A DNA stretch of 29,241 nt, from positions 1-29,241 of the forward strand of contig CACZSM010000261.1 of the NCBI GenBank assembly GCA_902783815.1, given 5' to 3'. The DNA comes from an uncultured Ruminococcus sp. (GTDB lineage Bacteria > Bacillota > Clostridia > Oscillospirales > Acutalibacteraceae). A model generated the notes under the pieces. That model made no database searches. It was not told where the DNA came from and saw nothing but the letters and a program-made list of their open reading frames with translations. The first letter of the stretch is position 1. Each line of letters starts with the position of its first letter. The translations under genes were made by a program, and so were the position numbers. Positions 26,522 through 29,241 of the stretch are shown here, one piece after another.

Positions 26522-27493
26522 TTATTCTCCTTCAAGTGATATGCGCTGTCCGTCAGAAATATCCTGATAGTTTATTATTATCCTGTCTCCGGATCTTATC
26601 CCTGTTACTGCCTCTGCTCCCTGCTTGTATTCTTTTCCTGTCCTTATATATTTCTTGATCGCCTGATGCTTTGATGCCGTCATGACATATTCACCTTTTT
26701 CATCACTCCTGATATACTCATATGGAACGATCAATACATTCCGGTCGGTTGAAATGGTAATTATACATTCCGCAGAATAACCTATTCTTAGCGCCGGGTC
26801 TGTCTCTTCAAGACAAAGCGTTACTTCGACTGATGTTTCCTTACCGGTAAGTCCTGATACCTGCTTCGCTTCATCTGAAATACGGCTTACTACTGCTGAA
26901 AATGTTTTTTCCGGAAGCGCCGTGAATCTTACCGATGCCTTCTGTCCGGGACTGACCTTTTCTATATATGCCTCGTTTATATTTACAGGTATCATAAGAG
27001 TATCCCTGTCCGCTATCTTGAAAAGTACGGAATGACCGCTGACTATCTGTTCATCCTGAGCACTGATACCTGTGACTGTACCGTCCATTGAGGCGCATAT
27101 CTCTTTGAACGAAGTGTATTTTCTGATCTCCTCAATTACTTTTTCGGGTACGGAAATCTGATCTATACTACCCATTATATTTTTTATTTTTATATCAGAC
27201 GGCGCAAAATCTATTCCATTGTCAGCTTCATAAACATATACTACCGGATCACCCTTTTTTACTTTATCTCCGTTTTTAACACAGTAATGATCTATCAGAC
27301 AATAATTATCCGTCTGGTACGATTTTTCCGAGCTGTATTGCAGCTTTCCTGCGGCTGTTACTGTGTTTTCAGCATCTGTAGGATATATAGTAAAATATGT
27401 CACCTGCGCTGACGCTTTCATTGCATTTCCGCTTAACATTAATGCTGCTATCAGCCCGGCTGTTACGGTAAACAGAAAAAAATACTTCTTCAT
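26522..27493 (-). CDS. Membrane fusion / periplasmic adaptor protein (HlyD/MacA-like)
   Basis: N-terminal signal-like segment, lipoyl half-motifs VKNGDKVKKGDPV and ASMDGTVT, INEAYIEKVSPGQKA, LRIGYSA, IVP. ATG 27493 with GGGAG SD. Confidence 0.85.
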   Translation of the reverse strand: MKKYFFLFTVTAGLIAALMLSGNAMKASAQVTYFTIYPTDAENTVTAAGKLQYSSEKSYQTDNYCLIDHYCVKNGDKVKKGDPVVYVYEADNGIDFAPSDIKIKNIMGSIDQISVPEKVIEEIRKYTSFKEICASMDGTVTGISAQDEQIVSGHSVLFKIADRDTLMIPVNINEAYIEKVSPGQKASVRFTALPEKTFSAVVSRISDEAKQVSGLTGKETSVEVTLCLEETDPALRIGYSAECIITISTDRNVLIVPYEYIRSDEKGEYVMTASKHQAIKKYIRTGKEYKQGAEAVTGIRSGDRIIINYQDISDGQRISLEGE

Positions 27494-27660
27494 ACATTTC
27501 AACTCCCGATTATATTATTTGATGAAATAGTACATAATATCATTGTCAATTATTGTAATTTGATATTACACTCAGGATAAACTCAGAGGTTCCCTTCTGT
27601 CTTTTTATTATCAATTTTCTTTTAAAGAAAACTAAATTTTGTGATTTGAAACTCCGGTTA

Positions 27661-27689
27661 TTGACAAAAATTGTGAATAAGTGTAAAAT
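27661..27689 (+). promoter_or_regulatory. SigA-type promoter for hisH-hisF
   Basis: TTGACA (27661-27666), 17 nt, TAAAAT (27684-27689). Confidence 0.7.
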
Positions 27690-27767
27690 AAAAGCAGTCT
27701 TTGGTGACTGTCAGCATAAACCTGACAAATTATGATAACTAATAAAAAGAAAAACGGATGTGATATT

Positions 27768-28385
27768 ATGGTCGCTGTGATCGACTATGGAGCTGGTAAT
27801 CTGCAAAGCGTTATCAAAGCTCTGAATTTTATCGGCGCTGATTGTATCGTTACAAACAAAAAATCTGAAATACTTGGTGCAAGCTGCGCTATTCTTCCGG
27901 GCGTAGGCTCCTTTGCGGATGCAATGGATTGTATGAACGATTCCGGCGCTTCCCAGGCTGTTGTTGACTTTATCAGAACCGGAAAGCCTTTTCTTGGTAT
28001 CTGTCTCGGTCTTCAGCTCCTTTTTGACAGCAGCGAAGAAAGCCCCGGCGCTGAAGGTCTTGGACTGCTTAAAGGCAGCATTACAAGGATCCCTGATGCC
28101 GGCGGTACTCTGAAAATCCCACATATGGGCTGGAATTCACTTGAAATAACAAATCATGAGGGATTGTTCAGGAATGTTCCGGATGAACCTTATGTGTATT
28201 TTGTCCATTCCTACTATCTTAAAGCGGATGATGAAAATATTGTCACTTCAAGAACACATTACGGAACGGCTATTGATGCTTCCGTGAATTATGAAAATAT
28301 ATATGCCGCTCAGTTCCATCCGGAAAAAAGCGGTAAGGTCGGTCTGAAGATCCTACAGAATTTTATTGATTTAGCGGAAGGATGA
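27768..28385 (+). CDS. hisH: Imidazole glycerol phosphate synthase glutamine amidotransferase subunit
   Basis: [25 protein letters not shown] (catalytic Cys), IPHMGWN, YFVHSY, QFHPEKS. Start moved to ATG 27768. Confidence 0.96.
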   Translation: MVAVIDYGAGNLQSVIKALNFIGADCIVTNKKSEILGASCAILPGVGSFADAMDCMNDSGASQAVVDFIRTGKPFLGICLGLQLLFDSSEESPGAEGLGLLKGSITRIPDAGGTLKIPHMGWNSLEITNHEGLFRNVPDEPYVYFVHSYYLKADDENIVTSRTHYGTAIDASVNYENIYAAQFHPEKSGKVGLKILQNFIDLAEG

Positions 28386-28390
28386 AAAAA

Positions 28391-29158
28391 ATGTATGCCA
28401 AAAGAATAATACCCTGCCTCGATGTCAAGGATGGAAGAGTTGTTAAGGGTACAAGCTTCGTGAACCTAAGAGATGCCGGCGATCCGGTCGAATGTGCAAG
28501 ACTCTATGACAGGGAAGGCGCTGATGAACTTGTACTTCTCGATATTACCGCTTCCAGCGATGCAAGAAATATTATTATTGATATCGTCAGACAGGTCGCT
28601 GACTGCGTATTCATTCCATTTACTGTCGGCGGCGGAATTCGTACAGTAGATGACTTTACAGGTATTCTCAGAGCTGGCGCAGATAAAGTATCCGTAAACT
28701 CAGCGGCTATACATAACCCCGATATCATAAATGAGGCGTCATATAAATTCGGAAGTCAGTGTGTTGTCACTGCGATCGACGCTAAAAGAAGAAATGACAA
28801 CAGCGGATGGGATGTCTTTATCAATGGCGGACGCATAAATACCGGAATTGATGCTGTTAAATGGGCTGTGGAAGCACAAAAGCGCGGCGCAGGAGAAATA
28901 CTGCTTACAAGTATGGACTGTGACGGAGTAAAGAACGGATATGACCTTGATCTGACAAGAGCAGTATCAGAAAATGTTGGCATCCCTGTAATAGCTTCTG
29001 GCGGTGCCGGAAAAATGGAACACTTCTACGATGCCTTTACAACAGGAAAAGCTGATGCTGTGCTTGCAGCTTCACTGTTTCACTTCGGAGAGATCTCTAT
29101 AGGCAGTCTTAAAGAATATCTGAAAGAAAAAAATATCCCTGTAAGAGATACAGAGTAA
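28391..29158 (+). CDS. hisF: Imidazole glycerol phosphate synthase cyclase subunit
   Basis: [56 protein letters not shown]. Start is ATG 28391 (SD-spaced) or 28382. Confidence 0.97.
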   Translation: MYAKRIIPCLDVKDGRVVKGTSFVNLRDAGDPVECARLYDREGADELVLLDITASSDARNIIIDIVRQVADCVFIPFTVGGGIRTVDDFTGILRAGADKVSVNSAAIHNPDIINEASYKFGSQCVVTAIDAKRRNDNSGWDVFINGGRINTGIDAVKWAVEAQKRGAGEILLTSMDCDGVKNGYDLDLTRAVSENVGIPVIASGGAGKMEHFYDAFTTGKADAVLAASLFHFGEISIGSLKEYLKEKNIPVRDTE

Positions 29159-29177
29159 GCGTAAAATGATAAGCGTA

Positions 29178-29202
29178 TTGATAGATAATAATTTTCTATC
29201 AA
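29178..29202. promoter_or_regulatory. Inverted repeat TTGATAGA-N9-TCTATCAA, candidate operator for a gene beyond the window
   Basis: Perfect 8-bp arms in AT-rich DNA after hisF; not a GC-rich stem with U-tract. Confidence 0.4.
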
Positions 29203-29241
29203 AAATGAGTAAAGTGAAATATAATATAGTGCAAAGCATTC

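Noticed and set aside
22564-27595. AGAGGTTCCCT shared by the nrdD leader (- strand, 22564-22574) and 27585-27595 (+ strand)
   Set aside because: About one such 11-mer match is expected by chance among the intergenic sequence, and the flanks do not match.
27583-27608. Weak hairpin plus T-run on the + strand in the divergent intergenic region
   Set aside because: The stem is short and bulged, and no plus-strand gene lies upstream to terminate.
27671-27688. TTGTGAA resembling a Rex half-site in the hisH promoter
   Set aside because: The second half-site (TTCACAA) is missing.
27732-29158. hisH/hisF as the paralogous pair found in polysaccharide-modification clusters
   Set aside because: The sequences look canonical and no glycosyltransferase, N-acetyl sugar amidotransferase or sugar genes lie nearby in the window.
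1-29241. tRNA/rRNA genes, CRISPR arrays, IS elements, prophage or defence genes
   Set aside because: No intergenic gap exceeds about 275 bp; I saw no cloverleaf, repeat-spacer array, transposase or integrase signature.

Overview
Gene-dense chromosomal window from a low-GC Bacillota, probably a Ruminococcus-like clostridium (inferred from PolC, IreB and gene order; GC about 40% by eye, not computed). It holds 25 complete CDS and a probable gene start at the left edge. Minus strand, read right to left: membrane-fusion protein, MacB-type permease and DUF6873-like protein; nrdD-nrdG; pyrH-frr-uppS-cdsA-dxr-rseP-ispG-polC-lon-engB; ireB plus a hypothetical gene; ppk1-pfkA; PH-domain gene-yitT. Plus strand: a Crp/Fnr regulator with an ion-transporter-superfamily permease, and hisH-hisF. 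I found no tRNA, rRNA, CRISPR array, mobile element, intein or clear pseudogene. Most of the window is ordinary housekeeping DNA. Best leads: (1) an ATPase-less MacAB-like pair linked to a pentein/GME-fold protein; (2) a compact nrdD/Crp divergent control region with tandem NrdR-like boxes and a CRP-geometry palindrome; (3) a ppk1-pfkA unit with lysine-rich tracts; (4) a self-contained ireB-hypothetical operon; (5) several intra-operon stem-loops. Family calls come from motif recognition and memory, not database searches. Many starts were moved from the ORF track to codons with a ribosome-binding site (SD).
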